64,000 bases of DNA from assembly GCA_009692435.1 (NCBI GenBank), contig SHZE01000003.1, positions 797-64,796 of the forward strand, in the 5' to 3' direction. The position numbers were made by a program, and so were the translations under genes. The stretch comes from Deltaproteobacteria bacterium (GTDB taxonomy: Bacteria; Desulfobacterota; Binatia; Bin18). This document shows, piece after piece, positions 19,869 to 28,778 of this stretch. Numbering within the stretch: the stretch's first letter is position 1; the number at the start of each line of letters is the position of its first letter. The notes under the pieces were generated by a model. The model was not told the origin of the DNA. It saw only the letters and a program-made list of their open reading frames with translations, and searched no databases.

Positions 19869-20123
19869 TCAGGCAATACCCCCGGCAAGCGGGGGAAAGA
19901 TGTTCAACTGCAGGCCGTCGGTGAGCGTCGCCCCTTTTTCTATATAGCTATCCCCGGCAACGAGCATGCCGGCTTGTTCTGGCGGAATGTGCAATGCCGT
20001 GATCGCATCCTGTACGGTTGCCCCACGTGGCAATGAGAGCGGGAACCCATCTTGGCTGCCCGCTGGCACATAGCGTTTCAAGGTGGCGAACAGTTTCACT
20101 GAGATCGTAACAGTATCTGACAT
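19869..20123 (-). CDS. MoaD/ThiS-family sulfur carrier protein (C-terminal GG followed by Ile-Ala)
   Basis: 84 aa with a beta-grasp-like pattern. It ends ..NIFPPLAGGIA. Confidence 0.8.
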   Translation of the reverse strand: MSDTVTISVKLFATLKRYVPAGSQDGFPLSLPRGATVQDAITALHIPPEQAGMLVAGDSYIEKGATLTDGLQLNIFPPLAGGIA

Positions 20124-20134
20124 AGCCTAACTTT

Positions 20135-20229
20135 CGGAAAAGCCTCGAACGGAGGAAAGAGGAATCGGTTCCTTCATTCCCCCCCTCCGCTTTTCCATTT
20201 TTGACTTTTGCCTTTTGATTTTTCTTCTT
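20135..20229. repeat. word-hairpin element plus TTTTGNC word run
   Basis: cggaaaagc..ggagg pairs imperfectly with cctccgcttttcc. This is followed by ttttgacttttgccttttgattttt. Confidence 0.6.
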
Positions 20230-21483
20230 TTAGTACCGAGGGACGCGGTGCATCACCGAGGCATAGGTAAAAACTGGTGGACGTCCGTCTTGGAAGCCCT
20301 GCCACTTTTCGCGACGCTTAATGGCGCTGTGAATCACGCCCATCTCAGCGGCCCCATTCTCGTTGCCTAAGTAGACCGCCCCTACCAACGTCCCGTTCTT
20401 ATCGACGACGACTTTGCGATAAAGACCATCACCACCTTGGTTGAGCATTTTGACATCATCGCCTGCCCCTTCGCGGAAGCGTCCGAGTTGGGCGAGGGTC
20501 ACATTGAAGAGTTCAACAACGTTCATACCCAGGCCGCCAGGGTACACTTGCTTCGCCCCGGCCATGTTCGCGCCAGCGGCCCGCCCTTGCTCAACGGCGG
20601 TCGGCCATATCGCATAGATTGAACGATCAGCGGAGAGAAAATCTTTCGTTTCCGCGACGTCTCCAGCCGCGTAGATGTCAGGATGGTTGCTCGCCAGGTA
20701 TTCGTTGACCACGATCCCTTTATTCACGGTCACCGCGCCGTTGCTCACGCATTGCACGTGTGGCTTCACACCGGTGGCGACCACCGCCATATCAACGGTG
20801 AAGGTAGTACCATCTTTCAGCGTGACTTCAATCGCGTCACCTTTCTTGGCAAGCGCGGACACGAGGGCATCGGTTCGTACCGTCACCCCTTCATCACGGA
20901 CCGCTTGCAAGAACAATTTCCCGGCTCCCTCATCCAGCAGTTGCGGCAGGAGGATCGGTGCCATCTCGACAATGGTCAACTTGATTTTCAGTTTGCGCAG
21001 CGCTTCGGCGGCAAGCATCCCGATAAATCCACCGCCGATCACCACGGCGGTCTGGGCTTTCTCCGCCGCCTTCTTCATGCCAATAGCATCGTCGAGCGTC
21101 CACAAATAGTGATGGGGTACTTGATCGAGTCCTTGGATCGGCGGCTTGATCGTCTCCGATCCGGTGCCGATCAGGAGTTTATCAAACTCGACCTTTTTCC
21201 CGCTGGCGAGCATGACTTTTTTTCCGGCGGCATCAATCGCCGTGACATTCTCTTTTTCCACTAAGCTCGCGCCCAAGCTCCCGTAGTCAGGGCGCTGACG
21301 AATGAGGAGGTCATTCAGCGTCATTTCTCCCGCGACGTAATACGGCAGGGCGACTCGGGAATAGGCGGGTCCTTCTTCACGATTGATGACGGTGATGGCC
21401 CCCTCGCGGTCGTGTTTGCGAATGCCACGAATCGCTTCGAGTGCGGCGGCACTATTACCAATTAACACATATCGCGTCGGCAT
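20230..21483 (-). CDS. FAD-dependent pyridine nucleotide-disulfide oxidoreductase family protein
   Basis: 417 aa. Two Rossmann GxGxxG motifs (VLIGNSAAAL, VVIGGGFIG) and GD(V)A are present. RBS GAGGAGGAGG. Confidence 0.9.
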   Translation of the reverse strand: MPTRYVLIGNSAAALEAIRGIRKHDREGAITVINREEGPAYSRVALPYYVAGEMTLNDLLIRQRPDYGSLGASLVEKENVTAIDAAGKKVMLASGKKVEFDKLLIGTGSETIKPPIQGLDQVPHHYLWTLDDAIGMKKAAEKAQTAVVIGGGFIGMLAAEALRKLKIKLTIVEMAPILLPQLLDEGAGKLFLQAVRDEGVTVRTDALVSALAKKGDAIEVTLKDGTTFTVDMAVVATGVKPHVQCVSNGAVTVNKGIVVNEYLASNHPDIYAAGDVAETKDFLSADRSIYAIWPTAVEQGRAAGANMAGAKQVYPGGLGMNVVELFNVTLAQLGRFREGAGDDVKMLNQGGDGLYRKVVVDKNGTLVGAVYLGNENGAAEMGVIHSAIKRREKWQGFQDGRPPVFTYASVMHRVPRY

Positions 21484-21502
21484 CGTTCCTCCTCCTCTGC
21501 AT

Positions 21503-21573
21503 AAAACGTGAGACGTAAAACGTAACCACTCTCCCGGGCTCCTTACGTTTTACGCTTGACGCTTGACGTTTTC
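21503..21573. repeat. ACGTAAA-word hairpin between the ferredoxin and FAD-oxidoreductase genes
   Basis: cgtaaaacgtaa (21514..21525) pairs with ttacgttttacg (21543..21554) as a perfect 12-bp stem, with extended imperfect arms. Confidence 0.7.
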
Positions 21574-21576
21574 TGC

Positions 21577-22041
21577 TTACGCCTTTGGCAGCCCAAGGGC
21601 GGCGGCGGCCTTTTGCTTCGCGAGCGCTTCAATCGCCACCACATCCTTAAACTCAAGCGCTCCGGGAGTGCAGAACTGGACGCACTGGGGATCGCCGTCA
21701 CAGAAATCACAATTGTGGGCGACACCTTTTTCCGGTGAGAAGCCCATCACGCCAAACGGACACGCGAGGAGACACATCTTGCAGCCAATGCAACGATCAT
21801 CCAGGACTTTGATCTGTCCATCGGTCTGCCGCTGAATGGCGACGGTCGGACACACGGCCGCACATGGAGCGTCAGCGCAATGGACGCAGACCATCGGTTG
21901 ATAGAATTGTTCTTCGTAGAAGTCAGCGATGCGAATCCGCGACAGCGTCGGCGAGAAGATGTTTTCATGAGAAAACGAACATGCCAGTTCGCATTCACGG
22001 CACGCCGTGCACTTCTCCTGGTGGACTACAATCTGTTTCAT
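21577..22041 (-). CDS. poly-[4Fe-4S] ferredoxin-like protein (four cluster motifs)
   Basis: Four Cys clusters are present: CTACRECELAC, CVHCADAPCAAVCP, CIGCKMCLLACP and CDFCDGDPQCVQFCP. Confidence 0.9.
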   Translation of the reverse strand: MKQIVVHQEKCTACRECELACSFSHENIFSPTLSRIRIADFYEEQFYQPMVCVHCADAPCAAVCPTVAIQRQTDGQIKVLDDRCIGCKMCLLACPFGVMGFSPEKGVAHNCDFCDGDPQCVQFCTPGALEFKDVVAIEALAKQKAAAALGLPKA

Positions 22042-22111
22042 ACACCCTCCTGCTCCACAATCTCTGCTGTTATGTCCAAATGGGCGCTACCGACCACGCG
22101 TCCCGCGGAGA

Positions 22112-23290
22112 TCACGCTGAGTGCGCCGTCCGTAACCCACAGAATTCCTCGTAATCAATGAGCTCGGTAATTTTCGGATGGTCACCACATACCAAGCAGT
22201 TCGGATCGCGTCGCAACTTGAGCACGCGTACTTCACTGCTCAGAGTGTCAAAGTGCATCATGCGACCAATGAGCGGTTTGCCAGCGCCCAGGATCAACTT
22301 CATCGCTTCCAACGCTTGCATGCAACCAACAAGTCCGGGCAATACGCCAAGCACGCCAGCTTCCGCGCAACTCGGAGCTGCTCCCGGAGGCGGCGGCTCT
22401 GGAAACAGGCAGCGATAGCACGGACCTCGGTCTGGATAGAAAACGGTTGCCTGTCCTTCAAATTGGAAGATGGAGCCATCAACCAGCGGTTTCTTGGCCA
22501 TCACACAAGCATCGTTAATCAGATAACGCGTGGGAAAGTTATCGCAGCCATTAATCACGATGTCGTAGTCTTTGATGATCCGCATCACGTTTTCCGACGA
22601 GAGCCGTTCGTTCAACGGGATCACTTTGACATCAGGATTCAGGGCATTCAGTGTTTTTTGCGCGGATTCAACTTTGGGCATCCCGACACGATCATTGGTG
22701 TGAAGAATCTGCCGTTGCAGATTGCTCATATCGACAGTGTCGTTATCGATAATCCCGATGGTGCCAACCCCCGCGGCGGCGAGATAAAACGCTACCGGAG
22801 AACCAAGGCCACCGGCCCCAATGCACAGCACCTTGGCGTCCATCAACTTCGCTTGCCCTTTTTCACCAACTTCCGGCAGCGTAAAGTGCCGCGCATAGCG
22901 GGTAATTTGCTCTTGGGTGAACTGTCGGTCCGCGACCCATTTATATCCGGCATTCTTCCACGAGGTGTACCCACCAGACATGGAGGTCACCTTCTCGTAG
23001 CCCAGTTCTTTCAAAGTGCGGGCCGCGATCAGCGAACGGATCCCACCAGCGCAGTAGGCGATAATCGGGGTGCTCTTATCGGGCACCGCTTCCTCGACAC
23101 GCATTTCGAGAAACCCGCGGGGCAACGAGAGAGCCCCGTCGAGATGTCCTTCGCGGTATTCTTCACGTTCGCGGACATCAAGCAGCGTCCAGTTCTCGCC
23201 CCGTTCGATGCGGTTCTTCACCTCGTCAATCGCCACTTCAGGAACGATTTGACGCGCTTCTTCCATCAGTTCTTTATAGGTTTTCGCCAT
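22112..23290 (-). CDS. rhodanese-MoeB/ThiF fusion adenylyltransferase/sulfurtransferase (rhodanese N-terminal)
   Basis: The N-terminal rhodanese domain has the active-site loop YCAGGIRS. The ThiF domain has GAGGLGS and two CxxC zinc motifs (CYRC, CLVC). Confidence 0.9.
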   Translation of the reverse strand: MAKTYKELMEEARQIVPEVAIDEVKNRIERGENWTLLDVREREEYREGHLDGALSLPRGFLEMRVEEAVPDKSTPIIAYCAGGIRSLIAARTLKELGYEKVTSMSGGYTSWKNAGYKWVADRQFTQEQITRYARHFTLPEVGEKGQAKLMDAKVLCIGAGGLGSPVAFYLAAAGVGTIGIIDNDTVDMSNLQRQILHTNDRVGMPKVESAQKTLNALNPDVKVIPLNERLSSENVMRIIKDYDIVINGCDNFPTRYLINDACVMAKKPLVDGSIFQFEGQATVFYPDRGPCYRCLFPEPPPPGAAPSCAEAGVLGVLPGLVGCMQALEAMKLILGAGKPLIGRMMHFDTLSSEVRVLKLRRDPNCLVCGDHPKITELIDYEEFCGLRTAHSA

Positions 23291-23329
23291 ACAATCCTCT
23301 TTTTTGGCTTGCGGAGCCCAGCCGAAGGC

Positions 23330-23920
23330 TTACGAAATCAACGCCCTTTGGTCCGTATCCTTGTAGCTTTCCAACATTTGTACCATCAACGAATCGCGCC
23401 CACCTTCCGCAAGGGCATGCGAGCGATTCATCAACACCTCTTTCGGTTCGATGAAATCGGCCCGGGTGTAGCCCCAGATGCGGGGGTGCACATACGTGTC
23501 CATGCGAATGGCGTCACACGGACACGCTTCCACGCACATGCCACAATAGATACAGCGGAGCGTGTCGATCTCGTAGCGCACCGGAAACTTCTCGACCGCG
23601 GGATCGGGATGCTCTCCAGCTTCGATGAAAATACAGTTGGCGGGACAGGCGGTCGCGCACAGGTAACACGCGGTGCAACGCACGGAATTGTCTTCCTTGA
23701 GCGTCAGACGATGGCTGCCACGATAGGTATCGGGATACCGTTTCCGCTCTTCAGGATATTGCGTGGTGTAGGCCGCCCTGGTCTTCTCAGCGAATCCCAA
23801 GGAATGGAGGGTATGCAGCGACATATTGCGAAAGAAATGGAGCGTCGTCACGCTTAATCCCCGGATGACTTCCGGGACGTACAGGCGCTCCCACAGCGTC
23901 ATATCATTTTTTCGTTTCAT
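23330..23920 (-). CDS. NuoI-like 2x[4Fe-4S] ferredoxin (NADH-quinone oxidoreductase subunit I family), orphan
   Basis: The TTQYPEE..RG.H.L motif is present, along with CTACYLCATACP and CIYCGMCVEACP. No other nuo genes are in the window. Confidence 0.85.
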   Translation of the reverse strand: MKRKNDMTLWERLYVPEVIRGLSVTTLHFFRNMSLHTLHSLGFAEKTRAAYTTQYPEERKRYPDTYRGSHRLTLKEDNSVRCTACYLCATACPANCIFIEAGEHPDPAVEKFPVRYEIDTLRCIYCGMCVEACPCDAIRMDTYVHPRIWGYTRADFIEPKEVLMNRSHALAEGGRDSLMVQMLESYKDTDQRALIS

Positions 23921-23993
23921 TGGTTCTATCGAGTAAGGTCGGTTGAAATTTCGCAGGCCACTATATGGAGCAAGCGCGCTTTGTCAAGGCAGT

Positions 23994-24647
23994 TCAGTGA
24001 ACTCTGGGCTTGCCCGTGTCACGAGAATGACTTTCTGGCAGAGCGGTTTCCGTCAATTTGAAATCAAGCATCTCCCGGAGACGGTCGGCCCGCTCCACGA
24101 GTGGCTGCACTTCAAGCAAGCTCTGTTTCTCAATTGGTGAAAAATCAAGATGAAAGGCAAAAAAATTAACGAGGAAATCATCATCGAGATTCGGATCGGA
24201 GAGAATTTTCCGTACTTGTTCGTTCTTCTTCAGATATTGGTCGAGCATTTGGCGCAACCCTTGCCGGCGTCCCGCATCAAGCTCTTCCTTAAGCGGCGGA
24301 TCCCATTCGACACGCGCTTGACGGTACCCTTCGGTGAAAACTTCCTCGCGAATGTGGTAGCGTCGCAGCCCTTGTAACAGAAGGTTAAACCGGCCATCCG
24401 GTAGCGGCGATACCCGCACCATTTCCCCCGCGCACCCAATGGAGAAAACTTCGGGATTGCCCTCGTATTGGTCCTGCCAATTGCCACGCAGAAGCGCCAT
24501 CCCAATAAGCGGTGGGCTCTGGGATTCCGTGTCCCGCACCATTTTTCGGTAGCGCGGTTCAAAAATATGCAAGGGCAACATCACCTGGGGAAACAAGACC
24601 ACATTCGGCAACGGGAAGATAGGAATCAAGGACGGCAGTTCCACCAT
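23994..24647 (-). CDS. LON substrate-binding (Lon N-terminal) domain protein
   Basis: IFPLPNVVLFPQVMLPLHIFEPRYRKM is typical of the LON N-domain. I prefer ATG 24647, which has GAGG 5 nt upstream, over the track start at 24689. Confidence 0.8.
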   Translation of the reverse strand: MVELPSLIPIFPLPNVVLFPQVMLPLHIFEPRYRKMVRDTESQSPPLIGMALLRGNWQDQYEGNPEVFSIGCAGEMVRVSPLPDGRFNLLLQGLRRYHIREEVFTEGYRQARVEWDPPLKEELDAGRRQGLRQMLDQYLKKNEQVRKILSDPNLDDDFLVNFFAFHLDFSPIEKQSLLEVQPLVERADRLREMLDFKLTETALPESHSRDTGKPRVH

Positions 24648-24705
24648 AATCGCCTCGCTTCTGTGTCTATAATTGAGTGGAGGAAGCAAGCTGCTGTTGG
24701 CAATG

Positions 24706-25329
24706 TCAGACTAATCCCAAGTCTTGCTGTAACTGTTTGACCGAGGGTCGTCGCTTCACACGTTCGCTCCATGCCAACACGTTGATCAATCGGGAGGGAA
24801 TCTCCACTCCCAGTTTGGGGAATTGCAACAACCGTGGCACCAACGCCAAGTCGGCCAGGGAAAACGTGCCGCTCATATACTCCTTCCCCTCCAGGTTTCG
24901 CTCTAAGAATTCCAGCACGCGCCCTAAATCCGCACGGTAGCGTTGCACGCGCTCTTGATCGACTTGCTCTGGGGGTTTGCGCAGCTCAGCCGTCAGCAGC
25001 CCCCCCTGCGCGGTAAACGAATTGTCGGCGAAATCTTCCAGCGTGCGCACCCGTGCCCGCGCGCCGGAGTCCTCTGGTGGCAACAGCGGCGGGTGCGGAT
25101 ATTCATCGTTGAGATATTCATTGATGATCGTTGAATCATAAATGACTTCATCTTCATCGACGAGCACTGGCACTTTGCCGTAGGGATTCAGACGCAGGAA
25201 TTCGGGAGCTTTTTGTTCGTTCTCCATCAAGTCAACAAAGATTTTTTCATACGAAAGGTCTTTTTCCGCCAGGACCAGACGCACTTTCTGGCAATAAGGG
25301 CTTTGCGGAAAGTCGTACAGCTTAATCAT
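24706..25329 (-). CDS. glutathione S-transferase
   Basis: The N-terminus has a thioredoxin-like SPYCQKVR context and a GKVPVL motif, followed by a C-terminal helical domain. RBS AGAGGAG. Confidence 0.9.
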   Translation of the reverse strand: MIKLYDFPQSPYCQKVRLVLAEKDLSYEKIFVDLMENEQKAPEFLRLNPYGKVPVLVDEDEVIYDSTIINEYLNDEYPHPPLLPPEDSGARARVRTLEDFADNSFTAQGGLLTAELRKPPEQVDQERVQRYRADLGRVLEFLERNLEGKEYMSGTFSLADLALVPRLLQFPKLGVEIPSRLINVLAWSERVKRRPSVKQLQQDLGLV

Positions 25330-25434
25330 GAGTAGTCTCCTCTATAAACGCGCGGGCAGTGTAAAAGAAAAGCACCACCCTGGCAATGCAAAAACACTTC
25401 GGGGCGAGGGTCCCGTATCCACTTCTCAAAAAAT

Positions 25435-26331
25435 TTGTCACACTCCGCCTCCATGAATCATCATCTTTCACCAACACTGTCACAACTTGCTGGCCTGGAG
25501 GTCGGCGATGAAGTTCCGGTCCGTATCATGGGCGTATTGAACGTCAGCCCGGAGTCATTCTATCAAGGCTCAGTACACGACGACCCCGCGCAACTTATCA
25601 AGGCGGCCTGCGCGATGGTTGATGCAGGAGCCCATATCATTGACATCGGGGCGATGTCCACTGCTCCATACCTCAAAACGTTGATTTCCGAAGATGAAGA
25701 AACTGTTCGTCTGTCGTCGGCAGTCCGCGTCGTCGCGGCCCAGGTGCACGTGCCGGTTTCCGCCGATACTAAGCGAGCCAACGTCGCTCGATCCGCACTC
25801 GATTGCGGCGCGCGGATCATCAACGATGTCAGCGGCTTAAAGCACGATCCGGCGATGGCGCCGCTCATTGCCTCGTATCGCGCGGGGGCGATCCTCATGG
25901 CCAGCGAGCCCGTCCCACGACCTGGCCTCCCGCTGCAACGTACCCTCCGCGCCTTGCAAGAAAGTGTCGAGGTCGCCACCCAAGCGGGCCTTCCACGCAC
26001 CCAGATTGTTCTCGACCCCGGCATTGGCTTTTTCCGTCAGCCGGGAATCCCGTGGGATGAATGGGACTGTCTGATGTTACGCGAGCTGGGACAGTTACGG
26101 CAACTGGGGTTGCCGCTGCTCGTTGGGGCGTCACGGAAATCATTTATCGGAAAAATTCTCGACCAAGCCAATCCCACGGATCGTCTGATTGGCTCGGTCA
26201 CCTGTGCCGCGATTGCCGTCTATAATGGCGCCCACATTATTCGCGCACACGATGTGAAAGAAACAGTGGAAGCCGTTCGTATGGCCGAACGGTTACGTCC
26301 AGTGTTCCCGTTATCGGCCGCAACCCGGTGA
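25435..26331 (+). CDS. folP: dihydropteroate synthase
   Basis: MGVLNVSPESF, DIGAMST, INDVSG and RAHDV motifs are present. The start could be TTG 25435 or ATG 25453. Confidence 0.9.
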   Translation: MSHSASMNHHLSPTLSQLAGLEVGDEVPVRIMGVLNVSPESFYQGSVHDDPAQLIKAACAMVDAGAHIIDIGAMSTAPYLKTLISEDEETVRLSSAVRVVAAQVHVPVSADTKRANVARSALDCGARIINDVSGLKHDPAMAPLIASYRAGAILMASEPVPRPGLPLQRTLRALQESVEVATQAGLPRTQIVLDPGIGFFRQPGIPWDEWDCLMLRELGQLRQLGLPLLVGASRKSFIGKILDQANPTDRLIGSVTCAAIAVYNGAHIIRAHDVKETVEAVRMAERLRPVFPLSAATR

Positions 26332-26976
26332 CAACACAAGGGTCGCCAGTTGTGGCACGGAGTCCACGACAAATCGCGGCGCGCCAGTCCGCACCCCTTC
26401 CACATCAAAGCCCCACGTGACCCCACAGGTTGAGACACCTGCCGCGCGACCGGTTTCCATATCAATGCGCGAGTCACCAATCAGTAGCGTCGCGGCCAGG
26501 TCGATCCCAGTCCTTCGTTGCAAGTCATGCACGCCCTGCGGATCAGGTTTCCGTACTGGCAACGTATCGCCACCGACGAGGGCACCAAAGAAGTCGGCTA
26601 ATCCAAGACCAGTGAGAATAGCCCGACTTGGCACTTCCGGCTTGTTCGTGAGGACTGATAGCCTCAGTCCTTGCGCATGGGCAGCAGCAAGCAGTTCGCG
26701 CATGCCTGGGTACGGCTCGGTGTGGTCGAGCACGTGGGCGAGGTAATACTCCATGAACAGTGTGAACCCCCGCGGCACGAGGTCCGCTCGCTGTGAACCA
26801 AGGGCACGCGCAACGAGCACGCGCGCCCCTTCGCCAACGAAACGTTCGACTTGCGTCAGCGTCAAGGTTGGCAGTGCCAACGCCGCCAGCATGAAGTTGG
26901 TCGCCGCCGCCAAGTCCGCTTTGGTATCGGCGAGGGTGCCATCAAGATCGAAAATGAGATGCGTAAAGCGTGGCAT
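26311..26976 (-). CDS. HAD-family hydrolase (phosphoglycolate phosphatase-like)
   Basis: The DLDGTLADT motif follows ATG 26976, and a GDS..D motif lies near the C-terminus. The 3' end overlaps folP convergently by 21 nt. Confidence 0.85.
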   Translation of the reverse strand: MPRFTHLIFDLDGTLADTKADLAAATNFMLAALALPTLTLTQVERFVGEGARVLVARALGSQRADLVPRGFTLFMEYYLAHVLDHTEPYPGMRELLAAAHAQGLRLSVLTNKPEVPSRAILTGLGLADFFGALVGGDTLPVRKPDPQGVHDLQRRTGIDLAATLLIGDSRIDMETGRAAGVSTCGVTWGFDVEGVRTGAPRFVVDSVPQLATLVLSPGCGR

Positions 26977-27041
26977 GGACAAAAGGGCATGGAGATTATC
27001 CATGCCCTCACAACCCATTATCGCAAAAGCAAAGAAGGGAA

Positions 27042-27422
27042 TTATGCGGAGAAGGACGATCCACAACCACACGTGCGGTTGGCATTGGGATTGACGAACT
27101 TGAAGCCAGCGCCGTGTAGCCCGTTGACGTAGTCAATCACCGTCCCGTACACATACTGCTGACTAATCGGATCAAGGAAGAGTTTCACCCCGCCTTGTTC
27201 AATAATCGTATCGTCTTCTCGTGCGCTCTCATCAAGGCTTAAATTGTATTGGAATCCAGAGCATCCGCCACCAACGATAGCGATCCGGAGACCACCATCT
27301 TTCACTCCGTCGCGAATCATGACCTCTTTCACCTTCTCAACGGCGACGTCGGTCAACATCAGCGCGGTCCCCTCTGGGGCGCGGAGTGTGATTTCTTCTT
27401 CGTGGTGCATTTCGTGATCCAT
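27042..27422 (-). CDS. iron-sulfur cluster insertion protein (IscA/ErpA/HesB family)
   Basis: GGGCSGFQY and the C-terminal CGCGSSF signature are present. RBS AGAGGAGG. Confidence 0.9.
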   Translation of the reverse strand: MDHEMHHEEEITLRAPEGTALMLTDVAVEKVKEVMIRDGVKDGGLRIAIVGGGCSGFQYNLSLDESAREDDTIIEQGGVKLFLDPISQQYVYGTVIDYVNGLHGAGFKFVNPNANRTCGCGSSFSA

Positions 27423-27532
27423 ATCCGGCAGACCTCCTCTATGGCGGTAACAGTGTTCGTTCAGAGATAAGGACTTCCCCTTATGGAGTCAATCCCTACA
27501 ATGTCTCGTGAAAGCAGGAGTCTTCATTCCTC

Positions 27533-28681
27533 ATGCACTCCCTAGAACAACAAATTCATACCCAAGCGACCACCCTGGGCTTCACCCTCTGCGGATTCAC
27601 CCGCCTTTCCTCGTTGCCGAGAGAGAAATTTCTCACCTCCTGGCTGGCACAAGGAAACGCGGGGGAAATGCACTACCTCGCACGGCATCCTGAGCATCGA
27701 CTCAATCCCACACTACGATTTCCCGAAGCGACAAGTGTGATCTGCTTAGGATATCCCTACGCTCCACCACGAATTCCGCGCATCAACTGGCAACAAGAGT
27801 TGCGCGGGCGTATCGCTGCCTACGCCGCGGGAAGTGACTATCACGAAGTCATCAAGGCAAAACTGCTGACGTTCATTGCGTTTCTCACAGAAATGATCCC
27901 TGGGGTATGGACACGTCCGTATGTCGATACCGGCCCAGTGCTGGAACGCGAATGGGCCTATCGGAGCGGGCTTGGCTGGTTTGGCAAAAACACCATGTTG
28001 CTGCATAAGCAGGCAGGCTCGTGGTTCTTCCTGGCGGAAATTCTCGTTGGTCTGGACCTAGAAGGAGAAGGCATCCCCCGTGCGCACTGTGGAACGTGCA
28101 CGCGTTGTCTAGCGGATTGTCCGACCAATGCACTTGAGGAAGGCTATGTCCTCAAAGCCCCTCTCTGTATTTCCTATCTCACCATCGAACATCAGGGACC
28201 GATCGCGCGCGAGTTACGTCCGAAGATGGGCAATTGGATTTTCGGGTGCGACGTGTGCCAGGACGTGTGCCCCTGGAACGAAAAACTTGGGCGCTCACGA
28301 AAGGACCACGTCCGAGAGGACCTCGTCCGAGAGGACCTCGTCGACGTATTGCTTCCCTCACTCCCTGAGTTATTGATGCTAGACGACGCGGGCTTTCGCG
28401 CCCGTTTCCGGCACAGCGCGATCTTGCGTCCCAAACGGCGCGGACTGTTGCGCAATGTTGCCATTGCATTGGGAAACAGTGGGAACCCGGAAGCGATTGC
28501 TCCACTGCGCTCCGCACTGTCCGACCCCGAACCGTTAGTCCGTGGGCACGCCGCTTGGGCATTAGGACGATTCACGGAAAGAGCGGCGCGTACGGCGCTT
28601 GAGCACCAGCTCACTCATGAAAAGGACATGTGGGTGCGGGAAGAGGTACTGAGCGCTGTGGAAACGAGCCCGGCTGTGTAG
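27533..28681 (+). CDS. queG: tRNA epoxyqueuosine(34) reductase
   Basis: The QueG core is present (GLGWFGKNTML, CGTCTRCLDACP-type and CDVCQDVCPWN motifs), followed by C-terminal HEAT repeats. Confidence 0.9.
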   Translation: MHSLEQQIHTQATTLGFTLCGFTRLSSLPREKFLTSWLAQGNAGEMHYLARHPEHRLNPTLRFPEATSVICLGYPYAPPRIPRINWQQELRGRIAAYAAGSDYHEVIKAKLLTFIAFLTEMIPGVWTRPYVDTGPVLEREWAYRSGLGWFGKNTMLLHKQAGSWFFLAEILVGLDLEGEGIPRAHCGTCTRCLADCPTNALEEGYVLKAPLCISYLTIEHQGPIARELRPKMGNWIFGCDVCQDVCPWNEKLGRSRKDHVREDLVREDLVDVLLPSLPELLMLDDAGFRARFRHSAILRPKRRGLLRNVAIALGNSGNPEAIAPLRSALSDPEPLVRGHAAWALGRFTERAARTALEHQLTHEKDMWVREEVLSAVETSPAV

Positions 28682-28778
28682 AATTCCCTTATGGTCAGTG
28701 CCACGCCCGCTCTGTCAGAGGCTGATCCCGTATGTCATAGTGCTCGGATAAGAGTCTCGAACTGAACAGGAAACTCCC

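Noticed and set aside
22178-23857. A 559-aa ORF on the + strand, the longest ORF without a call in this region
   Set aside because: It lies entirely antisense to the well-supported rhodanese-MoeB and NuoI-like genes. It has no recognisable motifs and an Arg/His/Phe-rich composition, which is typical of shadow ORFs in GC-rich DNA.
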